NCBI RefSeq assembly: GCF_001194135.2
Contig: NC_068983.1
Location: 163,219,458-163,283,457, forward strand
Origin: Octopus bimaculoides
Lineage: Eukaryota
DNA: 64,000 nucleotides
Direction: 5' to 3'
Below are positions 26,007 to 40,044 of this stretch, piece after piece. Made by a program: the position numbers and the translations under genes. Positions within the stretch are counted from its first letter, which is position 1, and every line of letters starts with the position of its first letter. The notes beneath the pieces are model-generated. The model had not been told where the DNA came from and did not search any database. It saw only the letters and a list, made by a program, of their open reading frames with translations.

Positions 26007-27069
26007 CCCCCCCTCTCTCTCTCTATCTATCTATCTGTTTGTCTACCAGTCTGTCTATCCGTCTGTCCGTCTCTCTGCCTGCCTGCCTGCCTGTCTGTCC
26101 GTTATGTACTTGTCAAGTTCATTCTCTCTTTCCTTCTATTCCGCCATCACTCTTAACAGATGTCTATAACTATGCATTTACGTGATCTTTACATAGTTGT
26201 AATAAAACCCTCTCAAGCTAATACTATTACATAAAGTTGCTTTCCACTCGACTATATAAATTCAATTACAATGCAAAGGAAATGCTTTGCGCCATAGAAA
26301 ATAATTTAACATGTGTGTGTGTATGTGTGTAAGAGAATATGTTGCTGTTCTTTGACTATATTGGATCTATAGTTATTTCCAAATTAGACCGAAAGGATAA
26401 ATTTGTCAAATGACATTAGAAGCATTTGTAAGAAAACAGGCAACTAACTCGCACATTACAACTACAGTCTGTAAGAGGAACAGTAAAAGTATGCAATACT
26501 GTTCTCAAGTTTAAAATGTGGCATTAAATTTGCTATGGAACTTTGTATCTCTGTTCGAAAGTAGTTCCTTCTTCAGAGGAAGAATTTAAACAATAAAAAA
26601 CAGAAGAGTACAACCCACACACACACTTACACACACTCACACACTCACACACTCACACACTCACACACTCACATAGTCACACCCCCCCACACATATATGA
26701 GTGTGTGTGCATGTACATATGTGCATACTTGTGCAAGTGCATACTTGTGCAAGTGCATATGCATTTATGCATGAAAAATTTTCATATTTTGTTTCTACAT
26801 TTGATGTTTGAATATTTACAGGGTTTTCCATTTAGTTTTTCTTTTGTAATTGATAAAAATGCAATCCCTTTTTGTTGTATTAAGAAGCATGCTGCTGGAT
26901 AAAACCTTCTTTAAATTACTCTTCTGCTATGCCCGAGTAACGTGTACGTGTCACTTTAGTGTTTTGCTTCGCAAATTACATATTTCTGTGTGCGTTTGTG
27001 AATGTTTGTGTGTGTGTGCGTGTGCGTTTGTGTGTGTGTGTGTCTATATTATATTCCACAATCACCAGG

Positions 27070-27215
27070 AACACACAAGTAACATGTCAAAACACATAAT
27101 GGAAGAGGAATGTCTCATATTATTCAAACGGTTCCTGGACGAATATCTCCAACACAATCCATGGAGACCACCTCTACCCGGATATATCTCTGCAAACAAC
27201 AACTCTTAACTCGAA
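27070..27215 (+). mobile_element. CR1-like LINE extreme 3' fragment
   Basis: Encodes LFKRFLDEYLQHNPWRPPLPGYISANNNS, the same terminal motif class as FNRNLDKFLKGIPDKP in the 9-kb copy. Confidence 0.6.
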
Positions 27216-27347
27216 AATGTGCTCTGGTGACTAAAGTATGAATATAATATGAAGACATCGTCGAATGTCTTTTCCAGTTGCTGCTTTTAAGTTAGTCATT
27301 GCCAGGGACATTCCTGGCCAAAGCTCATGTAAGTATTTAAGTATAAA

Positions 27348-27449
27348 AAGGGTAAAACCGCCTTCGGTCATGAATGACCATGATGTTGCACCTAGAAAGT
27401 GCCCCCCCCCCCCAAGGCATAAGCCCGGGCAAGGTTATTTATGGAAGAG
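27348..27449 (-). mobile_element. Fragment of SINE family D (3' tail)
   Basis: ccttcggtcatgaatgaccatgatgttgcacctagaaag...gggcaaggttatttatggaag matches about 55590-55671. Confidence 0.8.
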
Positions 27450-30400
27450 TCTGGACATCGAAGCAAGAGCAATATACCTAGACCCGGAAAGTAGGCTGGT
27501 CGTCTTGGATGTCGATGGCAGCAATGGATGTGCTTTTCGACTGATAACAGTTTATGCACCGTCCTTAACAGGCCGACCAGATTTCTTTCGACGTTTAGAG
27601 GTTTTCCTGGGGACATCTCGACCTTTACGTTTAGTGGGGGATTGGAATGCTACCCTGGACACGCATCTAGACTATGTGGGCAGAGATAATAATAGTAGGG
27701 GATGCAAATGCCTCAAAGACCTGCTCAGACGTTTCAAACTGTCTGACAGGTACCAACTGGACCACACGAATGTGGCAATGTGGACATGGAGCAACCGCAT
27801 CGGGTCGTCCAGGTCGTATTTAGATAGAGTATTCTGTAGGACAGTGGATAAGGATAGTGTAGGTTGTCCACAGTTACACATAGTAAGTTACACAGACCAC
27901 AAATTTGTGACTTGTACACTTGATTTAGATAAGACACATAGGCAGGGTCCCGCTTACTGGAAGCTGAACGCGTCGTTCACGGCACGACAGGGACCGAATT
28001 AACACATTAGTTAATAGAGCATTGACGGGTGCCATCATCAACAACAGATGTGGTATGCCCTAAAGAAAGCAATTAAAGCAGAATCGGTGAGGTACAGTAA
28101 GGCCCTAGCATTAGACTGAAATAGAATAGAGGGAGACCTAGTTAAGAAATTAGAAGAGGCACTTAGAACTGGCATCGTGTTCAACGTACTGGCGGTGAGG
28201 TTGGCCCTCGACCAACACTTCAACGCCAAGCACGAAGGATGCGTTGTCAGAGCTAGGATGCATGCTCTGAGGAACGAAAGAGTTGGTGCCGCCAGAGTGG
28301 TGGAGGCGCAACGAGGCAACAGAGCCACCATTAGGTCCTTCACAGATGAACAGGGGCGCGAAGTACTCGAGCCTGAAAGGATGTGTGAGGCCTTTCAACA
28401 AGACTTCGTCCGACTGTTCAGGACAACTGGTGGGTCAGAACGCAGAGTGGACTTTAGTGCCTACCTGCATGGCCTGCCACGACTCTCAGCAAGAGAGGTG
28501 GAGTGTTGTGAAAGAAACATCACAGCCGCGGACGTACGGGATGCGATGGCAGGCTGCGCGAGAGACAAGTCACCAGGCTTGGATGGTCTGCCCTACGAAC
28601 TTTATTGTCATATGCCAGACTTGTTTGGAGGCGTCTTGGCAGCTAGCTGTCTACAGCAACTAGCAACAAAACGGGAGTATCCCTGTCTTTGTATAGGGAG
28701 AAGCTAAAGAAAGATCCACACAAAGGGGAATGTCATAGATAACTTCAGGCCCATCACTCTGCTCAACGCAGATTTGAAAATTTTGGCCAAGGTGTTAGCC
28801 GAGAGGTTGGCGCTTGTCATCGAGAAACTTGTCGACAAGGTGCAAACGTGTGTCGTGCCGGGTAAGAGTATCCATGACAACATTCATCTGATGCGCTACA
28901 TCATAGACAGAGTAGTTAAGGAACCTGGCATAGGTGGGGCCCTGAGCAATTTGGATCAATCAAAGGCTTTCGATAGGGTAGACCACCACTACTTGGAGGC
29001 TGTCCTTAGAGCGGCTAGTTTCGAACCCAACTTCCGCGGTTGGATCGCTGCCTTATACAGCAGCATCCGCTCGGTAGTTCGCGTAAATGGTCATCTATCC
29101 AGACCATTTAACATCATGCGTTCGGTTCGTCAAGGATACTGCCTCTTGTCGCTTCTGTATGTATTGACCCTTTAACCACTACTCCAGAAGCTGGCGACGC
29201 TGAGGGGCATCCCACGAGACCTGGCATGTGGGAGGAGCATACGAACGACATCGCCATCATAGTGGCGAGCCACAAGCACATCGACCTGGTCGGTGAGTCA
29301 CTAAAAGAAATAGGAAGCGGTAATGGTAGCAAAAATTAAAACGGGAAAAGTCAGTGGGTTTGCGGCTCGGTACCTGGGGAAGCAAGCCCATGCCGCCCAA
29401 CAGCGTCTCCATCGTGGCACGCTGGACCGACGGACCGGTTAAATTTCTCGGAGTCTGGTTGGGGCCGGACCTCCAAATGGAGAAGAACTGGGGCGAAATA
29501 ACGACTAGGGTGGCCACACTCACACAGCAATGGGCCGAGACGAAGTTATCCCTAAAAGGTCGTGCAGATGTGGCGAAAGCGTTCATTGCATTCGTCATCG
29601 ATTACCGTCTGACTGTCGTGCCTTGTCCCGACCCTATCATCACCAAACTGGAATACATACTCTTCTGCTTCTTGTGGAAGGGAAGCGTTCCGATGGTTAG
29701 GCGATCCATTTGCTGACAACACCCGCTAACTGGAAGGCTAGGCATGCCGTGGTTGATGCTGCGTAGACATGCGCTGAGACTGCGATATCTCTGGCGCTTC
29801 ATAGACGACGGTGAACAGGTGTGGTCGCCATTTGTGAAGCGCGCTTCTCCGCAGCTCGTCTCCTTGACCTGACTGCAGTAGAAGATCAAAGAGAGACCGA
29901 GGCTAGGTGAATGGCANNNNNNNNNNNNNNNNNNNNNNNNNNNNNNNNNNNNNNNNNNNNNNNNNNNNNNNNNNNNNNNNNNNNNNNNNNNNNNNNNNNN
30001 NNNNNNNNNNNNNNNNNNNNNNNNNNNNNNNNNNNNNNNNNNNNNNNNNNNNNNNNNNNNNNNNNNNNNNNNNNNNNNNNNNNNNNNNNNNNNNNNNNNN
30101 NNNNNNNNNNNNNNNNNNNNNNNNNNNNNNNNNNNNNNNNNNNNNNNNNNNNNNNNNNNNNNNNNNNNNNNNNNNNNNNNNNNNNNNNNNNNNNNNNNNN
30201 NNNNNNNNNNNNNNNNNNNNNNNNNNNNNNNNNNNNNNNNNNNNNNNNNNNNNACGTCCTCGGGCAGAATCTGGGCGTCGACGAGGAACACCTGATCCGC
30301 CTGTTGAGGACAACTTTCGGGTCGGGACCTATGGACAATCACCAAAGATCCCTGGCCTGGTAGTGCTATCGAGAAGCATTACCCGTTCGGGATAAGCTCT

Positions 30401-30662
30401 ACAGGTACGGTTCGAGACACATCGGACCGACTTGCCCGAGATGCGGTAAGGGCAACGAAACCGTTCTGCATGCACTCGTGCAGTGTCCAACTATTTCGGA
30501 CATGTGGGCTTATGGCGAACGGCTGCTGTCACGTGTGGGACGAGTCCGCCTGTCGGTTTCAGATTTTGTCTCGTGAAAGTTTCAAAAACAGGTGAGCGAA
30601 TGTAGCAAAGATGTTGCGTGCAAGTGACGAAACCACTTTGAGCATGATCCTGTAAATCGAAA

Positions 30663-30759
<97 letters not shown>

Positions 30760-31029
30760 CACTTTACTTTCATGTGTTTAATCCCTCCCTGCCTGAGGTG
30801 ACCGTGGTCTTTTCCGTGGGCGTTTCTTTCCGCGTATAAACCTGATCTTACTTTTTACGTTTTTAAAACTCTTCTGTGATGCACGATCCCTCTTGATCAT
30901 TTTTTTCCCGATCCCTTTTGATCGAATTTTACTTTTTTTTCCTATTTTCCCCCTTTTTTTCATTTTCGAAAAGCTCTACATTTGTATTTGTCCCCTCTGT
31001 GTTCAGCCGTGTGTGGCCAATAAAGAAAG
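27450..31029 (+). mobile_element. Tx1/L1-clade LINE, 5'-truncated, ORF2 pseudogene (APE endonuclease, RT, zinc knuckle) and 3' UTR
   Basis: APE motifs FRLITVYAP, LVGDWNATLD, WTWSN..SYLDRV, SYTDHKFV and YWKLNAS. RT motifs KSPGLDGLPYELY, FRPITLLNADLKILAKVLAERL, LDQSKAFDRVDH, RSVRQG and a frameshifted YADD. C-terminal CPRCGKGNETVLHALVQC at 30433-30486. The 3' UTR ends ccaataaagaaa before (TATC/TC)n. There is a gap at 29917-30253. Confidence 0.95.
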
Positions 31030-31041
31030 TTATCTATCAAC

Positions 31042-31090
<49 letters not shown>

Positions 31091-31111
31091 CATCCATCCA
31101 TCCATCCATCC

Positions 31112-31165
<54 letters not shown>

Positions 31166-31606
31166 GCATACATGCACATTTACATACAGTTTTTTTGATT
31201 CGAGTCATGTACACAAGATAAGTGTTTCCACCATTCCCAAGAAGTATTGCGAACCAATATGGCTTCTGCAGTTCGAGATTGAAGATGCTCTGATCCGTTT
31301 CCATCAACTTGGTTTGATGCAAAGTGCAGCCGCTAATGATGTAATACTTTGTGTTTCATTGGATATGTCTCGACACGACTGGTGAAGGTTGTGGCGAATA
31401 CAAGTCATTGCGTCTCGTCGCTGATTATATTTAGAAATATGCAGTTGTGGTCAGATTTCTGTAGTTTGCTTTCTCATTTACTGCATGCATTATTGTCGAA
31501 TTCGTGAAACAATACATTGAGTAATTAATGCCCCCCCCCGCTTCGCATACATGCACATACATATCTACACATAAACACACACATGCATATGTATATATAT
31601 TCATAA

Positions 31607-31637
<31 letters not shown>

Positions 31638-31730
31638 CTTATTCATGATTATGCATACACACATACACATGGCTGCACATTCACAAATACATATATGTAC
31701 ATGATTATACATGTTTCTGGATATATATAC

Positions 31731-31776
<46 letters not shown>

Positions 31777-32689
31777 TATATACACATATATATACACGCA
31801 CATATATATTTCTCCTCTTTTCTCTTTTTCCGTTTATCCTATATATATATGTGTGCGTGTATGTATATATGTATATGTGTGTGTGTGTGTGTATGTGTGT
31901 GTGTACGTCTTTGTCTCTGTGTGTTTGTCTGTGTGTCTGTGTGTGTATAGATATACATGTAACGTTCGGCTATCCAAATACATAGATGGCTCATAAATTA
32001 CTACTCTTCTACAAGATAATGATACTAAAGTAATTCCCAATAAATTGGTTGGCAACGATAAATATACGAACAGACACGAACCTAAGATTAACTTCAGTGG
32101 AAAACCAAGATACACTTAAAGTTATCGTGACGTGGATGGTGTGTATGCAAGACTAGTAAATGGATTAAGATAACTTCTGGTATTATTCTCCTCTTATTAT
32201 ATTCAAGTTATTGATCACAAAAATACATCGGTATACTGGGAAGAGTCTCAGTTAAATTCAACAGAATTAACATTTTGAGAAAATGGTTTCTGTCACGCAC
32301 TTTCTTTTGACTTTTCAACCAAGCAATATGTCTCTCCACTCATGCATATTGTATTCATTTGGGAGAATACAAACAGCTTGAAAATATAATCAAATTCACT
32401 GATAGATTCACTGAGAAGAAATACAGAACAAAATATAGCATAAAAACTCTCTATATATTAGCATATACAGGATATATATATATATATAATCACATATAGG
32501 ATATTATAGGACACAAATATAACCTCAGCCACACATAGAGCTGCATCTACACACATAGTCACACTTTTATATAATTCTCTGACGTTCATCGTCGGAGCCA
32601 TCTCAGAGAATGTTTAGAATTCAAATGCTCAAACACACACACATACAAACATTATGCCTTAACAATAATATCATTGACTGTAACTTCGG

Positions 32690-33280
32690 AGTTACGCCCA
32701 GCTAAGCCATCATCGGTCTATGATGCATTTGAGTTAATCTTGGTTTTTATATAGACTCCGTTGAGATAATCTTTTTTCTCGGTAGGTGGAGTTCTGTTGA
32801 ATGGTAATTAGGTTGTAGCGTAGGTTGTGAGGGAGAAATGTTATGGAGAAGTAGTTTGTAGTTTAAATTTGCGTGGAGGACTTTTGTAAACAGGTGTGTA
32901 TATTTAAGAGTGTCAGCTTTAGGCCATGCGATTGTTTTTAGGAGTTTACAAAAGAATGTAGGAGTTTCTTGGTCAGAAGGTGTATCGCTAGTTTTATCTT
33001 TTGTTGTTTTCTTTGGATTTAATCCTTTGCTCAGATAAAGTAACGGTCAAAGTCCGAAGTTTAGTTCGGCATTTAATACTCTTTAATTGGGTATACCAGC
33101 GGATTTGCGATGCGATTTTTAAGGGTTCACAAAAGAATGTAAGTAGTTAGCATGCTTTAATTGGTCAGAAATTTTCTTTGCGTGTTGTGGATGTTATTTA
33201 TAATATTCCCCTGTTTCTATTGGGAAGGTGGAGGTCATTGGTGTATATATTAATATTTCTATTTATGTTCAGTTATAATC
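32690..33280 (-). mobile_element. Possible ancient Penelope-like element 3' remnant
   Basis: A/C-rich minus strand ending in gaccgatgatggc...ccgaag, similar to PLE terminal motifs. No clean peptide motif recovered. Confidence 0.25.
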
Positions 33281-33490
33281 CTTTCCATTGTGGGCACAAG
33301 GCCTGAAATTTGGGAGAGAGGGATAGTGGATTACATCTACCCCTGTACTCAACTGGTACTCACTTTATCGACCCCAAATGGATGAAAGTTAAAGTCGACC
33401 TCGGTGGAATTTGAACTCAGGATGTAGCGGCAGACAAAATAACGCTAAGAATTTCGTCCAGCGTGTTAACGATTCTGCTAGCTTGCCGCT
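33280..33490 (-). mobile_element. SINE family B copy
   Basis: Reverse complement of family B with tail ccttgtgcccacaatggaaaggattat. Confidence 0.88.
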
Positions 33491-33642
33491 TTATCTTCAG
33501 TTATAATGAAAACAATATTACATTGATGTGATAGGCTACTCTATAATTTTTTAGAGTATAAATTTATTATTCTGACTAGTAGTCCGACGTTGGCTAAGCT
33601 ACCCGAAACTCTGATGTCACTGTCAACAATATACCTGTTTAA

Positions 33643-33697
<55 letters not shown>

Positions 33698-34009
33698 TCT
33701 TGGGTGCACAGCTGTGTGTATGACTACAACTCTACAAGTAAAAACTCCATGTAAATTATCATTAACTCGTCTGCTTCTAGTATAGTGGTTAGTCGGTTAC
33801 TGTATTTAGCGGTGTTACTCGTTATGATGTTCGGAAATCTGATGTTAGATCTCCGTAGCAGAATGCAATAATGTGTTTCCTTGATAACTCCTTGCAATTA
33901 GCCATTCAAGTGTACTTGGAACCTCCAATGTTGAGTTCCAATACACTGCAAGTACGAAACGTATATATGAACAAAAAAACATATGTAGGTATTTATATTA
34001 ATTTTCATG

Positions 34010-34064
<55 letters not shown>

Positions 34065-34369
34065 CATACATATATATATCGTCAGTAAGACTTAAATCCG
34101 AAATAGAAGCATACTGTTAGTTATAGAGCTGTATCTTATACAGGTAAAGTTGGAAAAGGCCGGCTTATGGGATTTCCCTGGGTTTTACATCCATAAAGCA
34201 CTTTGTTTTACAGTATATCGTCAAATCCCAAACCAGTTGGCTTACGGCTTCTTTAGCAAGCGGCTTCTCTAGAAAATGGAGGAGGAAAAATCGTTGTTAC
34301 TCTATGTCAACGACAGGGCTTTGTCTCTCTTTGGCTGTCAATCGTAAATGGCTCTGTTATCGTATAGGG

Positions 34370-34700
34370 CCCAGTAAGCCAGTAGGAATTTCCTGAAGTG
34401 CAGACATGGTCCGAAGACCTCTGTTCTGGAGTGAGGGATGTTCCCCGGGTCGACGGGAGTCCTTTACTATCTTCACTTGTTCAGCTATGCACAGTTTACA
34501 ACGCTTGGTCCCGTTTATGTAGGGGTCTGGATTTTCTAGAATTCTTCATGATATTACATGTGGAATTCCGTCGTTCTGCAGCGGCTATACATGGCAGTCT
34601 AATGAGCTGAGAAATGAATGTAAAACCTGGTGTGTGTTGTTGTGGCTACCACCTCCTCACAATATGGGGAATAGGCTGGGTATATGTATGCAAATTAAAT
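34370..34700 (-). mobile_element. Penelope-like element, GIY-YIG C-terminal remnant (lineage 2)
   Basis: Manual translation gives LQNDGIPHVIS*RILENPDPYINGTKRCKLCIAEQVKI and, in a shifted frame, SRTEVFGPCLHFRKFLL. This matches the PLE C-terminal pattern WKIL...PY.NG.KRC.LC..EK.I...LN.R.E....C.H..KFLL. Confidence 0.65.
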
Positions 34701-34737
34701 ATTTTTCGAAGCGTATCCTTTCATGTACCTGGAAAAT

Positions 34738-35115
34738 ATTTACAAGACCATTCAGAGAGCGCAAACCTCCGCCAAGGCAACAATAACGTACTCTCAACGA
34801 TTAGCCGGAGATGATTTTTAAAATGAGAATATCTGAAATAAACTCGACTGCTCTCACAAACGAGAATACTAACAATGAACCCGACCGCTCTCAAAAATTA
34901 AGTAAAAAAAAACCCGGAAAAATTATCCAGAATTCTTGTCCGGTATCGGATCGATCCCAAAATCTAATCGGTTCGTGCCAGTCACGAGGCCAAACATGTC
35001 TGTAAATTTCATCCGAATCCATCCAGCGGTTCTTGCGATATCTTGTCCACGGACAAAGAAACAAACAAATACGACTGGAAAACAATACCTCCGCCTTCGC
35101 TAAGGCGGAGGTAAT
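34738..35115 (-). mobile_element. Helentron-type non-autonomous element (HINE/DINE-1-like)
   Basis: Terminal palindrome tacctccgcctt-cgct-aaggcggaggta (35086-35113), adjacent (GTTT)-like micro-repeat, and a subterminal repeat acctccgccaagg (34765-34777) near the other end. Confidence 0.75.
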
Positions 35116-35749
35116 TAAGAAGATATTCATAATATGTGTGAATCTATTTTTCTTTTTCTCTGTAGATTGTTAATAGTTCAGCAGTTGAGGAAGAACAAAG
35201 AAATATTTCTTACATACAAATTAACTGTTTCCAGGGTGTTCTACTTTAAATTCGTTAAGCAGTTAGTATCATAGTTTTGACGATGAACGAAATACACGTG
35301 CCGTTTTCAGTATTTTCTTTCCGAATGCAGATATTAGCTTTAAACTTTTATTCCCTAGTAGTGCAGCCTTTGTTATGTGTTAGAATAGATATCTCTTCGT
35401 TTACATAGCAACTCGAGTATTTTTGAAAATATATGCGGATGCTTTTAGAATTCACAGCCAGAATAATTCGAACATGTGTGGGACCCTGGAGCCGGGTATA
35501 TCAATGTAGATAATCATATCCAGAGTAACTATCACCATGTTATAGCGACGGAAATTTATCACCTGATGTTTCATCTAATGTTGAACTTCCTACTGCTACA
35601 AAGAGAGAGATGTGTGACGTGGAACATATTGGGAGTTCATGCTATATATTTCTTGTCTAACATGTTTAATGACATATATATATATATATATATGCATACC
35701 ATGCATATATGGGTACAGGACGTCACCAACAGTGCAAATAACATACACA

Positions 35750-35853
<104 letters not shown>

Positions 35854-35959
35854 ACATATGTATATATACAAATATATATACACATATGTATATGTGTGTG
35901 TATGCGTAAATATATATATTATATAGACATATACATTATGTATATATAAATGTGTATGT

Positions 35960-36295
35960 GTCTCCGTTTGCCCCCCCCCCTCACAGCATATGCTGGTTTA
36001 CTCCCACCGCATGATGCTGGTTCCATACCCCTTAGAGTAACATCAAAATTCACTCACCCGTCCAAAAACACTCCCCAAGATTTCCTATCATTAATAAACT
36101 CTCTTGCCACACTCACTCCAACAACTCTAACTACCAAAGCTTTCTTCACTCCATCCATCCATCTATCCATCCATCCATCCATCCACACAAACCGAGGTCT
36201 GCTTCTGGTTCTGCTGCCTACCACTTCAGCCTTCATCCCTTTCCTTACTATCCGCTCCTTGTCCAACTTCTCCATGTGGCCAAACCACCTCAATT
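35960..36295 (-). mobile_element. RTE-clade LINE 3' fragment
   Basis: RWFGHMEKLDKERIVRKGMKAEVVGSRTRSRPRFVWMDG..VKKAL is the RTE ORF C-terminal motif. It contains an internal (GATG)n expansion. Confidence 0.75.
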
Positions 36296-36571
36296 ATTTT
36301 ATTTAATTTATTTACCGCAGATGTCGCTATGCTGGTGATTTTAAATAAAAATGAAATGGTGCTCTGCGTGATTACCTAAAACTAAACATTTTACGATCTT
36401 TTAATGAGTAAGGAAAAAAAATTAAACATGTAGATTCTATGTATCGTCTTCATTGCCTTTGATTTACAATTTACATTTCTAATTTGGCCATGATTAATCT
36501 AGAAGCGATTATCTCCCTTACAATAATAAGCCGCCAGGGCACGCTACTTGTTAAAAATATACACAACCATA

Positions 36572-36780
36572 CTGTGCTGAAAATTTCCTGGCTTTGGATA
36601 AAAGAAAATACAGGAGTATCAGTTGATTATGATTTTATTCAACATATTCTTACAGATTCACACACTTCTTGCTGGGGTCCTTCAGTTTTTCTAAGCCCTG
36701 TAAAAGAATGCCGAAGGCTGGGCCTCCAACCAGGCCTTTCACTGTAACCTTAAAGCCAGGAATTTTTCAGCATTCCCTCG
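36572..36780 (-). mobile_element. mariner-derived MITE
   Basis: TIRs tgctgaaaatttcctggcttt / aaagccaggaatttttcagca with TA flanks. The interior retains a transposase C-terminus (GLEKLKDPSKKCVNL..EYVE*, frameshifted). Confidence 0.75.
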
Positions 36781-36784
36781 TATA

Positions 36785-36854
<70 letters not shown>

Positions 36855-37721
36855 TTTGTTTGTATGCATGTGTGCGCGCGTGTGTTTTAATAAAGATTTT
36901 AATAGTATATATAACAGCCTACAGCCGTAAAACATTGTGTTTTTGAAGATATATGTTATTTCGATTTTACCATGTCTATCAGAATATCAGACGTATGAAT
37001 TGCAAATTCAATATGATATTGGAATTACAAAAACTTTCTGCTTAAATCAGAACAATCGAAGATTACCCATAACTAAGATGTGATATGTATATATTTAAAG
37101 TTATTTCTAGAATATTCGCGAGTGTTATGAATGTATTAACTGCAGTCATCCTAAGCAGTTTGAAACAAATGAGACTATATAAAACATTCATATACTTCCA
37201 TCCTGCATTTTTGATTTTGGTAATAGAGTCACTTATCAGTTTGGGGTTTCTGTGAAAATTACTAATTTCCGTGACAAAATGGTTCTCTTATTACAAAAAC
37301 GCAGTGTTAAAAGGAGAAAAGTATTGCACAGATTGGAGATCAAGTGATCGAGACTGACGGCTATCAACCTAGACATTGTTTCTCTTCTTCCAAGTCTATA
37401 TATACACAAACAATTATACATACATACACACTTACATGCACATATTTATACGCATAATCATATGGGTATATCTGTATGTGTGTATATAGATATATGTATA
37501 TATGTATGTACGTCTATGTATACAGATATGTGTGTGTATATATATGTATATATGTATATACATACATATGTGTATATATTTGTAAGTATATGCGTATGTT
37601 ATGTGAAGAAGAATATATTATCGCATAAGGATATATATAAATATTTATCACTGTTAGCGATTTTCAGACGGGTATAAATATTTTTATTAGTATACATAAA
37701 AACATAATGTATTTTATAATA

Positions 37722-37808
<87 letters not shown>

Positions 37809-38336
37809 AAACACTCATATATAAGTATATAAATATATAAGTGTGTGTGTGTATCTGTAAGTGTCTAAGTATATCACACATAACATGTATTGTATGATGT
37901 TACAGTTATGAATGTGAATGTATAGTATATATGTATATACCATATATATATATATATATGTGTGTGTATGTATTTATGTATGTATATAGACATATGAATG
38001 TGTAGATGCACGTTTGTGTGTATATGTGTATGAGTATGCATATTTGTATATATGTATAGCCATATTTCTATATGTTCATGCGTGTGTGTGTGTGTGTTTC
38101 GCTGTTGAATATTGATATCGATATTATTAAAGTATTTTTAGAAAAGTCTCCGTCTCAGGAATGGAATCAATGAGAATATTAAGAATTCTTCAAGAAATAC
38201 CATAAACATGTTACCGAATATATTTCGTTTGCATTAAACACAAAATCTCGCCATTTAGGCATTTTCTGTATAATTCATTTAAGTGCTTTGGAAAGAAAGT
38301 TTTACTTCGTGTCGTCAACATCTGGATATCTATCGT

Positions 38337-38369
<33 letters not shown>

Positions 38370-38370
38370 G

Positions 38371-38411
<41 letters not shown>

Positions 38412-38749
38412 GTACATATGTATGCATATATGTATATATATACATATATATATATGTGTGTGGGTGTGTGTGCGTAAGAGCCGTACTCATTCTCATACTC
38501 CTATATATACATATTCACACATCACACTAACGTACAGGTAGAGATTCATAGGTACATATCCATGCACTAACATAACCGCCCATAAATACCTAGATGAATA
38601 TTTCGATATCCATGTTTGTTTGTTTAATAACACTTTCTATCTCTCGCTCTCTCCCTCACTATCTCTCGCTTTCACACACACACTCTCTTCCCCCTCTCTC
38701 TCTCTGCACACACACACACACACACACACACGCATATATNNNNNNNNNN

Positions 38750-38780
<31 letters not shown>

Positions 38781-38981
38781 ATATATCTATCTATCTCCTT
38801 GTCTGTCTATCGGAAACTTTCCACTCACCTCAATAATATTGCATAATAGGATGTTTTGCTTACACCCGTACATAGAAAATATACCGCTACAAACGACATA
38901 CATACATGCACATATACACACATGATGTATTGTTGATATACACATATAGGCCCAGGTGTAACTGTGTGGTAAAAAGGCGCA

Positions 38982-39142
38982 GGCGTGGCTGTGTGGTAAG
39001 AAGTGTGCTTCCCAACCACATTGTTCCGGGTTCAGTCTCACTACGTGGCACCTTGAGCAAGTGTCTTCTACTATAGCCTTGGACCGACCAAATCCTTGTC
39101 AGTAGATTTGGTAGACGGAACCTGAAAGAAGCCCGACGTATA
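38982..39142 (+). mobile_element. SINE family A/C, 5' half ending in (TA)n
   Basis: ggcgtggctgtgtggtaagaagtgtgcttcccaacc...gaaagaagcccgacgtatatat. Confidence 0.9.
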
Positions 39143-39149
39143 TATATAA

Positions 39150-39608
39150 CTTTTTAAAACCTGGAAAAATCATTATTGCTGAAACATATTGCCATGAAAT
39201 TGCCAAAATGAACGAAAAACTGCTACTCTTCCGTTCCAGAATGGTCGATCACACATTTCACTTATGATGCTCCAGAAGTTGAGGGAAGTTAGCTACGAAG
39301 TTAGTTCTTCCTTACTCAGTTTATTCCTCAGACCTTTCTCCTAGCGACTACCGCTTTTTCAAGCACCTTCATGGTCTCCTACAAGAGGAGTTCAAAAATC
39401 AAACCGATGCTGAAAGTGCGTTCAAAGGGTTCATCATCTCCAGAACTCCAGATTTTTATCTTGCCGGAATAAACAAACTTGTAACTTGTTGGCGAAAATG
39501 TGCTGATTGAAATGGTACTTACTTTTATGAATAAAATTTCCGCATTGTTGAAATATATTGCGATGAATTTCATGTTTCAAAACGTTGCTTACTTTTTACT
39601 CAGCCTGG
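39150..39608 (+). mobile_element. mariner transposon 3' fragment (related to 15109-16129)
   Basis: FLKPGKIIIAETYCHEIAKMNEKL and FFKHLHGLLQEEFKNQTDAESAFKGFIISRTPDFYLAGINKLVTCWRKCAD. Right TIR cgttgcttactttttactcagcctgg plus TA. Confidence 0.85.
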
Positions 39609-40044
39609 TACATAGATACATACTACATATATACATACATCCACACATAAATACATGTATACAAACACAAATGCATACAAACACACATGCATACAAACAC
39701 ACATGCATACAAACACACATACATGCATGTATGTGTGTGTGTGTGTGTGTGTGTGTACCGACATTCTTTTCTAATCCTTATAACTGCAACCGAACCCACG
39801 GTTGTTATTATTAATAATAGAAGTCTCTAACGAAAGTACTTCTTAATTTTTGAGTAATCCGTTTGGACGCATTCTTTGAAAGAAATATCAAATGATTCTG
39901 TTTTGTTTACTTTAAAAATAGTACCAAAGTTCGGTAATTAGCAATTTAATTAGTGGCCTTTTAACATCAAACTATTTTATCGTCTGACACTGCATTTATC
40001 CATTGTATATTTCATGATCTGAAGATGTCTTTAGTCGGATAAAG

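Noticed and set aside
27265-28002. 245-aa ORF as a host gene
   Set aside because: It is a chimera of SINE sequence and the LINE endonuclease domain.
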